Source of the DNA: a virus
Direction: 5' to 3' (one strand)
Length of the DNA stretch: 64,000 bases
IMG/VR virus record: IMGVR_UViG_3300035703_000020
Location: 1 to 64,000 of that record
Shown here piece by piece: positions 49,208-58,900 of this stretch. Under the pieces are notes generated by a model. That model was not told the origin of the DNA and ran no database searches. It saw only the letters and a list, made by a program, of their open reading frames with translations. The translations under genes were made by a program, and so were the position numbers. How positions within the stretch are numbered: the first letter of the stretch is position 1; every line of letters begins with the position of its first letter.

Positions 49208-52117
49208 ATGGCAACGTCTATGAAGCTGAACGAGCAAGGCTACCCCGTCCTCGAGGACGTGCTGCACAAGAAGCTCTTCGGCTCGGCACGCCGCCCCGCC
49301 CCCAAGAGCTCCACGCTCGAGAGGACGAGGCGGCTTCTCAGTAGGTTCGACATCCCGACCCCGGTCGACTACCCGGATGGGATGTACGACGGCGACCTGC
49401 CCTTCCCCGAGCTGACGGGCGGCTCCATCGAGTCGCACTTCGAGGCCATGGCGGCCGAGTTCGTCGACGACTACAAGGCGCTGGCGGAGGCGTTCGCGAC
49501 GGCGTCCCTGCCGGAGGCCCCGGGCTACGACGACTTCGTATTCCAGCCGGGCTGGACCCGCTATACCAAGGCCGGCGGCAAGTGGAAGACCGAGCTGGTG
49601 CCGCACCCGCTCGAGCGCGCGTTCACGTACGACACCGAGACCTTCGTGACCGCGGGCGCCTTCCCGGTGATCGGCACAGCCCTGTCGGCCGAGGCCGCGT
49701 ACGTGTGGCTCGCCGCCGAGATGTGCGACCCCACGCTGCCGGTCGAGGAGTGGACGCAGCACGACCTGATCCCCCTCGGCAGGGGCAACTTCGTCGTCGG
49801 ACACAACGTCTCCTACGACCGGGTGCGGGCGCGCGACGGCTACACGCTCGCCGAGACCGAGCCCGAGAACTTCTACTTCGACACGCTGTCGGCCCACATC
49901 GCGGTGTCCGGCCTGGCGTCCGGCCAGCGCTGGCTGTACGTGCTCGCCGGCAAGGACCCCGACTCGTTGACCGAGGAGGAGAAGAAGAAGCTGCGGTTCC
50001 GCCCGCGCTGGGCCGACGAGGGCGCGACCAATTCGCTGGTGAACGTCTACAACTTCCACGTCGCGGCCGTGCGCGAGTACTTCGGCGAGGAGGTCCACCG
50101 CATGCAGGACGCCGACAAGGAGATCCGGGACGTCTTCGTGAAGGCGACCGAGATCCACCAGCTCGCCAACCGCCGCGACCTGCTCGAGTACGCCATGCTC
50201 GACGCCTTCTACACCACCGAGCTGTTCCAGGCCATCTGGCCTAAGTACCTCGACTCGACCCCGTCGAAGGTGGCGCTGGCGGGCCACATGTTCCTCAACG
50301 GCTCCCGCATCCCGGTGCCCACCGACTGGCCCAAGTGGATCGAGCAGGCCGAGGAGGTTTTCGCCGAATACAACCGCGAGATGTCCGACATCTGCCACGG
50401 GCTGATCCGCAAGTACGTCGACGAGTGGCGCGCCCTGCTCGACGAAGACATCGCGGCCGTGCAGGCGGCGCTGGACGGCGACGAGCGTGTCAACATCATC
50501 GCGGCCGCCGGGCTCGAGAAGAAGAAGACCATCAAGATCACCGACGTCCTCAAGGGTCTCGACAAGAACGCCGACTTCCCGTGGAGGCACGAATCCAACC
50601 GCTGGGCCGAGCAAGACCCCTGGATGCGCCAGCTCGACTGGACCCCGAGGGCTTACGCAGGCAAGTACGCCTACATGCCCAAGTGGGCCAGCAAGTACCT
50701 GGCCGACGACTCCGAGCGCATCACCAACAAGGCCAACGTGTCGCACCTGCTGCTCAAGCTGAAGTGGGAGGGCTCGCCTGTCATCCTCACCAAGGGCGAC
50801 GGCTGGTGCTACCACAACGAGGAGGGCAAGCTAGAGAAGATCCCGCACCCGAAAGGCAATGGGGATAATGTGGGCGTGTTGCTGTCGAAGGATTTTTTGG
50901 TGGACATGGAGGTGGGGAGGCTAAGTAGCGACCTCCCCGAGGCTAAGCGCGCGCTCGACATCGCCAACGCCACGTCCTACTGGACGTCGGTCCGCAAGCG
51001 GGTCCACGACCGGATCTTCATGGACGTGGAGAACCCCCACGGCGAGGGCTGGTGCATGATGATGCCGGAGATCATCGCCCACGGCGCGGTGACCCGCCGC
51101 ACGGTGGAGTCACTGATGGTCACGATGTGCTCGACCAAGGGGCACCGCATCGGCACCGAGCTGAAGACTCGGATCCAGTGCCCGCCCGGCTGGAAGATCG
51201 TCGGAGCCGACTTCGACGGCCAGGAGCTGCAGATCGCGAGCATCTACGCCGACGCGTGGGAGGGCGGGTTTATCGGCGCCTCGCCAATGGCGCACACCGT
51301 GCTGTCCGGCTCGAAGGAGAAGGGCACCGATGCCCACACGAAGCTCGCTAAGGCCATCGACACCAACCGCGACGTCGCTAAGGGCGTCGGCTTCGCCATG
51401 CTCTACGGCGCCGGCGTGCGGACGATCGCCAACACGATCAAGAAGACGTACAAGGACCGGAGCGCGACCGAGCTGAGGCAGTTCGGCAACCGAGCCCTCG
51501 CCTTCAAGAAGGGCAAGAAGTCGCCCGACGGGTACTACGAGGGCGGCAGCGACAGCGGCTGCTACAACTACATGGAGGGCATCGCCCTGCGGACCAAGTG
51601 CCCGACGCTGCCCTGCCTTGGGACCAAGATCTCGACCGCCCTGCGGCCCTCCGCCGTGGGGGACGACTTCCACACCGGCCGCATCAACTGGACGATCCAG
51701 TCGTCCGGCGCAGAGATGCTCGCCGTGATCCTCACGGCCACGCACTGGCTGGCCCGCCGGTTCAAGATCCCGGCCCAGTTTATCCTCAGCATCCACGACG
51801 AGCTGTGGTGGATGGTGCCCGAGCGGTACGCCGAGAGCTTCTGTGTCGTCTTCCAGATGGCGCACCTGTACTCGTGGGCCCGCTTCCAGGCGAGCGTGGG
51901 CATGTGCGACGTGCCGCTCAGCCGCGCCTTCTTCTCGTCCGTCGCCATCGACGAGCGGCTGAGGAAGTCCGTGCACGAGTGCACCAAGACGCCGTCCAAC
52001 CCGGGCGGGGCGGACGAGCCCGACGGGGCCGAGTACTCGATGGCCCAGATGGCTGAGCTGGGCTGGATCAAGAAGCTCCGGACGCGGGGCGAGATGATCA
52101 CCAAGGGGCTGATTTGA
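49208..52117 (+). CDS. Family A DNA polymerase, mitochondrial Pol-gamma-like
   Basis: YDTET, VGHNVSYDRVR, DTLSAHIAVSG, VGADFDGQEL, RDVAK...YGAG, RINWTIQSSG, SIHDE. Confidence 0.92.
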   Translation: MATSMKLNEQGYPVLEDVLHKKLFGSARRPAPKSSTLERTRRLLSRFDIPTPVDYPDGMYDGDLPFPELTGGSIESHFEAMAAEFVDDYKALAEAFATASLPEAPGYDDFVFQPGWTRYTKAGGKWKTELVPHPLERAFTYDTETFVTAGAFPVIGTALSAEAAYVWLAAEMCDPTLPVEEWTQHDLIPLGRGNFVVGHNVSYDRVRARDGYTLAETEPENFYFDTLSAHIAVSGLASGQRWLYVLAGKDPDSLTEEEKKKLRFRPRWADEGATNSLVNVYNFHVAAVREYFGEEVHRMQDADKEIRDVFVKATEIHQLANRRDLLEYAMLDAFYTTELFQAIWPKYLDSTPSKVALAGHMFLNGSRIPVPTDWPKWIEQAEEVFAEYNREMSDICHGLIRKYVDEWRALLDEDIAAVQAALDGDERVNIIAAAGLEKKKTIKITDVLKGLDKNADFPWRHESNRWAEQDPWMRQLDWTPRAYAGKYAYMPKWASKYLADDSERITNKANVSHLLLKLKWEGSPVILTKGDGWCYHNEEGKLEKIPHPKGNGDNVGVLLSKDFLVDMEVGRLSSDLPEAKRALDIANATSYWTSVRKRVHDRIFMDVENPHGEGWCMMMPEIIAHGAVTRRTVESLMVTMCSTKGHRIGTELKTRIQCPPGWKIVGADFDGQELQIASIYADAWEGGFIGASPMAHTVLSGSKEKGTDAHTKLAKAIDTNRDVAKGVGFAMLYGAGVRTIANTIKKTYKDRSATELRQFGNRALAFKKGKKSPDGYYEGGSDSGCYNYMEGIALRTKCPTLPCLGTKISTALRPSAVGDDFHTGRINWTIQSSGAEMLAVILTATHWLARRFKIPAQFILSIHDELWWMVPERYAESFCVVFQMAHLYSWARFQASVGMCDVPLSRAFFSSVAIDERLRKSVHECTKTPSNPGGADEPDGAEYSMAQMAELGWIKKLRTRGEMITKGLI

Positions 52118-52504
52118 CCAAGCTGGAACGAGCCATAGACGCCCTCTACCGCGGGCGCTGCAACCTGATCCAGGCGTGCCAGCTGGCCGAGATCGACCAG
52201 GAGACGATGAAGCGCCTCCTGCTCGACAAGGTCCGATGCGCGCCGTCCCACCCCATCCAACTGACCTTTGACCTCCGGAGCGACGACCAATGAGCAAGAA
52301 GAAGGCCTGCTTCTACACCATCCACCAACTGGCCGCGAACCGCCCGTACGTGACCATCGAGTTCTACGACCACAAGGAGCGGCGCATGCTCAGCTCCGTG
52401 GACGTCGTGCTCAACCTGGAGTACCATGACGATCACCAGATCGGCTCGTTCGTGACCTCACGCTGAGCGCCCGCGAGCACAATAGACCCAGGAAAAACCG
52501 CACC

Positions 52505-53074
52505 ATGCTCATCATCGTCTCCGGCCCCGACCGCGTCGGCAAGTCGACCCTGATCAACGCCATGGCCGAGGAGCTCGGCCGCGACATCACCTACGTCGCC
52601 CACCACGGCCCGCCGCCAAAGACCAACGACAACATCTTCGACGTCTACCGCGACACCATCCAGGACTGGAAGTGGTCCGGCAAGCCGTACGCGATCTTCG
52701 ACCGCGCGTACCCCTGCAGCTACATCCTCGAGCAGCACCGCCGGCGCAACGCGGGCCACTTCGAGGACGTCATCGACTTCGAGATCGAGCTGATGGACGC
52801 CGTCGACTCCGTCGTGCACCTCGGCGTCTTCCGGCCCTGGCACTGGTCGGCGCCGCTGCACGTCGAGGAGGTCCGCGAGGAGAACCCCGGCGCCGCCCCG
52901 TGGCTGATCCGCGACGAGTACATCGCCCGCATGCAGGAGCACCAGATCTACACCGAGCAGCTCCTCAACTTCTACGACAACATCTCGATGTTCCCCAACG
53001 CCCGCATCGAGAACGAGGAGACGGTCGGGTCGATGGCGCTCGCCCGCTGCCGCGAGGCGCTGCGGAGGTCCTGA
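52505..53074 (+). CDS. dNMP/thymidylate kinase-like P-loop protein
   Basis: IIVSGPDRVGKSTL, IFDR. Confidence 0.7.
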   Translation: MLIIVSGPDRVGKSTLINAMAEELGRDITYVAHHGPPPKTNDNIFDVYRDTIQDWKWSGKPYAIFDRAYPCSYILEQHRRRNAGHFEDVIDFEIELMDAVDSVVHLGVFRPWHWSAPLHVEEVREENPGAAPWLIRDEYIARMQEHQIYTEQLLNFYDNISMFPNARIENEETVGSMALARCREALRRS

Positions 53075-53291
53075 TGCCCTTCCCGATGCCGCAGGACCCG
53101 GGATTCCTGCTCGAGTACTGCCGGGAGTGGATCGACGACGCCAACGAGCGATACGACAAGGGCATGAGAGCCATGGCCCAGGAGAGCATGCGCTCGGCCG
53201 CCCAGCTCTACATCCAGCTCCCCCGCGGCTACAGCAACCCCGAGCTGGAAAAATACTACCAGGAGACCCTCAAGAAGGTGTACGGACAAGT

Positions 53292-54194
53292 ATGATCATC
53301 CGCGAAATGAGCAAGAAACCCGCGCACGTCGTCCACTTCGGCGATCACGTCATCAAGAGCGAAAACTGGGACTACGTCTATGGCGAGTACCTGTTCGACA
53401 TCATGACCCACGGCGAGCAGTTCGTCGGACGCAACGGCGAGACGAAGGCCGCCTTCGGCTGCTCGGCGCGCGTCGACCTGCGCTGCGGGTTCCCGCTCAC
53501 CAGGCTCCGCAAGATGCCGTGGAAGAACCTCGTCCGCGAGTTCCTCTTCGACGTCGGCTTCAACACCAACGTCGAGGCGCTCGGCCCCGCCAAGCACTTC
53601 TGGGACTTCCTCGCCGACGAGAACGGCGAGCTCGGCGCGTCGGCCTACTGCAGGCAGTGGCGCCAGTGGCCGCCCTCTGCCCAGGGCGCGGAGGTGCCCA
53701 ACGAGACGCTCGAGACCGGGCGGCCGGTCGACCAGCTCCGGGACGTCGTCCACCTGCTGAACAACCACCCCAACTCCAGGCAGGCGACCGTCATCACCCA
53801 CAACCCCACCGCGATCGACCCCGCCTGCCCTCCCTGCCACATCGCGATGCAGTTCGCGCCGTCCAAGGACGGGTGGCTCGACCTGATGGTCCCGGCCCGC
53901 TCCAACGACATGGTGGTCGGCTTCCCGCTGGACATCGCCCGCTACGCGCTGATCCTCAAGGCGGTCGCGATGATGACCTGCAAGGCGGCCCGCTACGTGT
54001 ACATGCCGAGCGCCAACTCGCACATCTACGAGAACTGCTACGATCTCGTCGACGAAATGATCGAGCGCGAGCCCAAGCCGGAGTGCCAGGTGCGGCTGAC
54101 CCACGCGCCGCTCAGCTTCAAGGAGCTGACGCTCGACAGCTTCGAGCTGACGGGCTACGACCCGCACCCGGCCATCAAGGTCGCCGTCAACTGA
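53292..54194 (+). CDS. Thymidylate synthase-family enzyme with Asp at the base-specificity position
   Basis: PPCH, RSNDMVVGFPLDIARY, HIYEN, YDPHPAIK. Confidence 0.88.
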   Translation: MIIREMSKKPAHVVHFGDHVIKSENWDYVYGEYLFDIMTHGEQFVGRNGETKAAFGCSARVDLRCGFPLTRLRKMPWKNLVREFLFDVGFNTNVEALGPAKHFWDFLADENGELGASAYCRQWRQWPPSAQGAEVPNETLETGRPVDQLRDVVHLLNNHPNSRQATVITHNPTAIDPACPPCHIAMQFAPSKDGWLDLMVPARSNDMVVGFPLDIARYALILKAVAMMTCKAARYVYMPSANSHIYENCYDLVDEMIEREPKPECQVRLTHAPLSFKELTLDSFELTGYDPHPAIKVAVN

Positions 54195-54202
54195 GCCCCC
54201 CG

Positions 54203-54209
54203 GGGTAAG
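54203..54209 (+). promoter_or_regulatory. Representative GGGTAA(G) putative late promoter
   Basis: Same motif a few tens of nt before ATG at 784, 7931, 10772(-), 23573, 32459, 34210, 38247, 61896. Confidence 0.6.
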
Positions 54210-54241
54210 ACCGGATCACCAGGGAACAAACCCGATACAAC

Positions 54242-54595
54242 ATGGAAGAGCAGACCAACCCACGAGTCAAAGTGATGCGCCAGGGCGACGCCCAGCCCGG
54301 CCCTGAGCCAGCGATGTACGAGCAGGAGGACCAGGCCTTCGGCACCACACTCACCAGCGGCCGATACGTCGAGCTGCGGGAGATGAACGCCGGCGACCTG
54401 CTGTACCTGGAGAAGACGCTTGGCAACGTCGGCGACATGGAGCGCTCGATGAAGCTGGCCTCGCGGCTCTCGACGCAGAACGGCAAAATCACGTTCGAGG
54501 AGCTGCAGAAGCTCAAGATGAAGGACCTGAAGAAGGTCACAGGCCTGCTCGGCAAGGCCGGCGGGACCGACGAAGACGAAGAGGACCCAAACTGA
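54242..54595 (+). CDS. Tail assembly chaperone (short form)
   Basis: VELREMNAGDL...LKMKDLKKV; acidic end followed by C CCA AAC TGA. Confidence 0.65.
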   Translation: MEEQTNPRVKVMRQGDAQPGPEPAMYEQEDQAFGTTLTSGRYVELREMNAGDLLYLEKTLGNVGDMERSMKLASRLSTQNGKITFEELQKLKMKDLKKVTGLLGKAGGTDEDEEDPN

Positions 54596-55041
54596 TAAGG
54601 GTCACCTCCCTGGAGGACTTCAAGTACGAGGTGGTCGTCGGTGGCGGCCGCCTCGCTTTGACGTTCAGGGAGCTGACCCCGCGGGACTATTACTTCTTCA
54701 ACCTCGTCGAGAACGACTACAAGGACATCACGCAGACCCACCTCTCGCTGCTGATCCTGATGCGCCTGGGCGACCTGGACGAAACCGACCTGGACCTCGT
54801 CCCGGCGAAGTACGTCAAGCCGATCACCGACTGGATCGGCCCGGAGCTGCTGCAGGAGAAGATCATGAAGGTCGAGCAGTGGCTCGAGATGGCCTTCCAC
54901 TTGTGCAAGCAGCGCTGGGACCAGTCGATCGACTGGCTCGAGCGCCAGCCGGTGTCGAAGATCCTGCTGATGGCGCACCTGCAGTCGCAGTTCGTCGACA
55001 AGCAGAACGAGGAGTCCAAGAAGGCAGCCCGCAGACGATGA
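54586..55041 (+). CDS. -1 frame extension of the tail chaperone
   Basis: The -1 frame is open from the slippery heptamer to 55041. Confidence 0.6.
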   Translation, partial: PKLIRVTSLEDFKYEVVVGGGRLALTFRELTPRDYYFFNLVENDYKDITQTHLSLLILMRLGDLDETDLDLVPAKYVKPITDWIGPELLQEKIMKVEQWLEMAFHLCKQRWDQSIDWLERQPVSKILLMAHLQSQFVDKQNEESKKAARRR

Positions 55042-55433
55042 TCAAGTTCAAGCTCACGGTACCGGCGGTAAGCACCAACTGGTGGGAGCCGTCCAAGAAC
55101 AAGATCGCGGCCATCCTGCTGGAGGAGAACCGGGCCGACTGGGCCGCCGAGCGCGACCCGAACACCGGGTCGAGGTGGGCGCCGCGGAAGCAGCCGACGG
55201 GCGGCTGGCCCATCCTGCGTCGGACGGGCACCATGCAGGACCGCACGCGCATCAAGCCCGGGGGCACCGGCCTGTTCTCGGCCGCGACCGTGAGCTACGG
55301 GCCGTTCCACCAGACGGGCACCAGCCGCATGGTCGCCCGCCCGTGGCTCGGGGTCCCCGACCGCTCCCTGCCGAGGGCCGCCGAGGTCATCGCCCGCAAC
55401 ATCTTCCGAGGCCGCAGCCGGACGTTCTCATGA
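55038..55433 (+). CDS. Mu gpG-like virion morphogenesis protein
   Basis: DPNTGSRWAP...ILRRTG...YGPFHQTGTSRMVARPWLG. Confidence 0.75.
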   Translation: MIKFKLTVPAVSTNWWEPSKNKIAAILLEENRADWAAERDPNTGSRWAPRKQPTGGWPILRRTGTMQDRTRIKPGGTGLFSAATVSYGPFHQTGTSRMVARPWLGVPDRSLPRAAEVIARNIFRGRSRTFS

Positions 55434-55834
55434 CCGCCATTAAAATCTCGAGGCCCGGCGACACCTGGAACGGCGTCGCGTACACCTACTACAACGACTC
55501 GAGAGAGTTCAGGACCATCCTCGGCCTGAACCCCGGATACGACATCCGGAGCTTCCCCGCCCCTGGGCTGCCCATGCAGATCCAGGAGCTTGGAGGTATA
55601 ACTACTACAGGCTCCGCGTCCATCGGATCTCTGATCCAGCAGGACACAAACATCGACCTCCGCGCGGGATCGCCCGCGAACGTGACGCCGGAGAGCATAT
55701 TCCCCTGGAGCACCGTCGAGGCCTACGAGGCCAGGCGGGCGGACTACGTTCCAGCGACCTTGGCCGAGGTTAACAGGCTGAACGGGTTCACGCTTGACAC
55801 CAGTCAGGCTCAGACCGGGAATCAGAGTGGTTGA
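55430..55834 (+). CDS. Tail protein X / LysM-like baseplate protein
   Basis: PGDTWNGVAYTYY...ILGLNP. Confidence 0.55.
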   Translation: MTAIKISRPGDTWNGVAYTYYNDSREFRTILGLNPGYDIRSFPAPGLPMQIQELGGITTTGSASIGSLIQQDTNIDLRAGSPANVTPESIFPWSTVEAYEARRADYVPATLAEVNRLNGFTLDTSQAQTGNQSG

Positions 55835-55912
55835 GCGCCCCTGCGGGGACCACGGGTGGACAGTCCGAAGCCACCAGTCGCTCAAACCCAAAAGAAGGAG
55901 TTGAAACTCTAA

Positions 55913-58900
55913 ATGGCTACCATCACCCTCGGAGGCGCCCGCGGCGGTACTCCGGGAACCTTCATCTACGAGGCCGCCCGCGCCACGCGCACGGCGGCCG
56001 CCAGCTTCAGCACCGTCTACATGCTCGTGGACGCGCCCGAAGCCGCCTCGGTGATCCGGTTCCCCTACAACCGCCCGGTCTTCGTCTCCAGCCTCAACGA
56101 GTACGAGAACCTGATCGGCTCGCTGCCCACCAGCGGCCCAGAGCTGGATTCCTACTTCGCTGTGAAGGCCTTCTTCCAGCAGTGCACGATCGGCGACCTG
56201 CGCGTGACCCGCGTCGGCACCCCGACGAACATCGTCCGCATCGGCTTCGACCCGTCCGCCAACAAGGACAACGGTGCCTCCGCGCCCAGCTCCCTGAAGC
56301 GCGGCGACAAGGTCTTCATCAAGCTCGAGATCAACGGCATCCAGCTTGGCGCTAAGACCCCCGCCGGAGCGTGGCTCGGCGTCGAGGTGACCATCCCCGT
56401 CGACTACATCGCGGGCGACGAGGCCAACAACCTCAAGATCGCCAACGAGATCCGCGATGAGGTGGCCAACGCCATCCGCGCCAACGCCGACATCAACGCG
56501 GGCGCCTACATCCGCGTCGAGGACAGCGTCGGCGAGATCGCCTACTTTGACATCACCGGCCGCGTGTTCAACGCGCCCGTCGAGGTCGTCAACAGCAACG
56601 ACATCACCGGCAACCAGTACATCCTGTCCGCCGCTGGCTACGCCATCGCGCAGGTGACCGAGGCCAACGAGACGGTCTTCGACTGGATCCAGACCGTCCG
56701 CTGCGCGTTCAACGACCCCCAGCTGCCCGCCGGCTATATGATCGCCCCCGCGGCGTTCAAGCAATTCAAGAAGACGCAGCGCGTCAACCTCGGCCAGAGC
56801 ATGGAAGAGGTGTGCAGCGACTTCCTGCACAAATGGATGGCGCTGGTCGACTGCGGCCCGTTCGACGTCACCTCGATCAACGAGTACAAGGAGTTCGTCC
56901 CCCACGACCCCGCCAACGGCTTCGGCGTGGACGAGGAGGTGCTCGTCGACAACGGCATCTACCTCTGGACCGACACCAGCCCGCTGCGCTTCACCGCGGC
57001 CAACTACGAGGCCAACAACCCCGCCGCCTGCGCCAACTCGCTCTACAGCGCCGGCCAGCGCGTCGGCCTGAAGGACGACCAGCAGATCCTCGTTAGCGTC
57101 GCGGCCAACACGACCACCGACGTGATCACCCTGGCCGAGGACTGGCCCGTCGACGCCCTCGGCACCGGCACCGCCATCGTGTTCGAGCTCGGCGACAACC
57201 CCGGCAACTCGCCCACCCCGCCCCTCTACACCGACGTCAACACCGGCGTCACCAACGAGGAGCTCCTGGGCGGCGGCTTCTTCGTGATCGCCAACGACGT
57301 CGACACGAGCCTGGACATCAACCAGATCCGCGTCGCCACCAGCCGCACCCGCGCCTTCTCCAACGAGGCCGTCAACATCGTCACCGCCGGCACCCCGCAG
57401 GGCGGCGTGATGCTGAACGTGACCTACAGCGACCCCGCCTGGAAGTTCGAGGTGGAGATCAAGGGCAAGATCAGCGACCTGGTCGAGGCCGCCAACGGCG
57501 CCGACCCGGCCTCGTTCAACACCCTGCACATCCCCGCGACGTTCCAGGATCCCACCCAGACGTTCGAGTACAAGGCGATCACCCGCCAGATTACCGATCC
57601 ATCCCAGGCGATCGCGACCGGTGGCCTCAAGCTCCTGTACTTCAACGCTGGCGACGTGAACGTCGGCGCCGACCAGATCCTGGTCCCCGCCCACGGCTTC
57701 AGCACCGGCGACGCCGTCCACGTGTCCGCCATCCCGAGCGCCATCGCGCCCGGCGGCCTGACCTCCGGCAATCAGTACTTCGTGATCGTCGTCGACGACA
57801 ACACGATCCAGCTGGCCAACTCGCTGGCTAACGCCAACGCGGGCACCCAGGTGATCCTCGGCGACGCGGGCACCGACTCCGGCACCATCCTCAATCCGCT
57901 CGGCGCCCCCGCCCAGTCGATCATCACGATCGGCGGCGACTGCATGCTGATGATCGCGGACCACGGCCTGCAGACCGCCGACAAGGTGTTCTTCGACGGT
58001 GACATCCTGTCCGGCACGCCCGACTTCATCTTCCGCGGCACGACCGACACCGCGACCACGGTGTACTTCGTCGACCGCGTCGACCGCAACATCATCCGCC
58101 TGGCTCGCAGCTCCAGCGACCTCGCCTCCGGCGCGTTCGTGGACTTCCCGACCAGCGGCATCGCGACGACCACCTCCACCCGCATCTACAAGAAGCTCTC
58201 CTACGCCGTCTCCGGCGGCGGCTTCACCGACGCGGGCGTGCAGCGGTTCATCCGCGGTCGCAAGTACCAGATGGACGTCAACCTCGCCGTCTACGGTGTG
58301 CGCGATGAGGCCAACGTGCAGATCGTCAACGGCCAGACGGACCCCTACGGCGTCCTCTACACCGCCGACATCAGCACCGACATCCGCCTCTCCTACGCTG
58401 AGGTCCCCGGCACCATCGACGTGTACAGCGTCGCGGCGGCCGACGTGGACGCGAGCGGTGACGAGCTCACCGTGACCAACCACGGCTACGTGACCGGCAC
58501 CGAGGTGGTGGTGAACACCGCCGCGCTTGCGACGCTGGCCGCGGGTCTGACCGACTCCGTGCGCTACTTCGTGATCAACACGGGCACGAACACCTTCCAG
58601 CTGGCAGAGACGGCCGCCAACGCCGCCCTCGGCGTGCCGGTGGACATCACGACCGCCGGCGTGGACAACGCCGCGGGCGTCGAGTTCACCGTGACCGCGG
58701 CCAGCAACCCGTTCACCTTCGCCTACACCGAGGACGCGATCGCGAACCCCCTCAACGCCGCGATGGACTTCGCCGGCGACGAGAACTTCTACTGCGTCCC
58801 CCTGAGCGACGGCGGCGATCTGTACGGTGACGAGCTCACCAACACGATCCCCGAGGTGTTCATCCACACCGTGCTGCAGGTCGGAACGACCTTCACCCCG

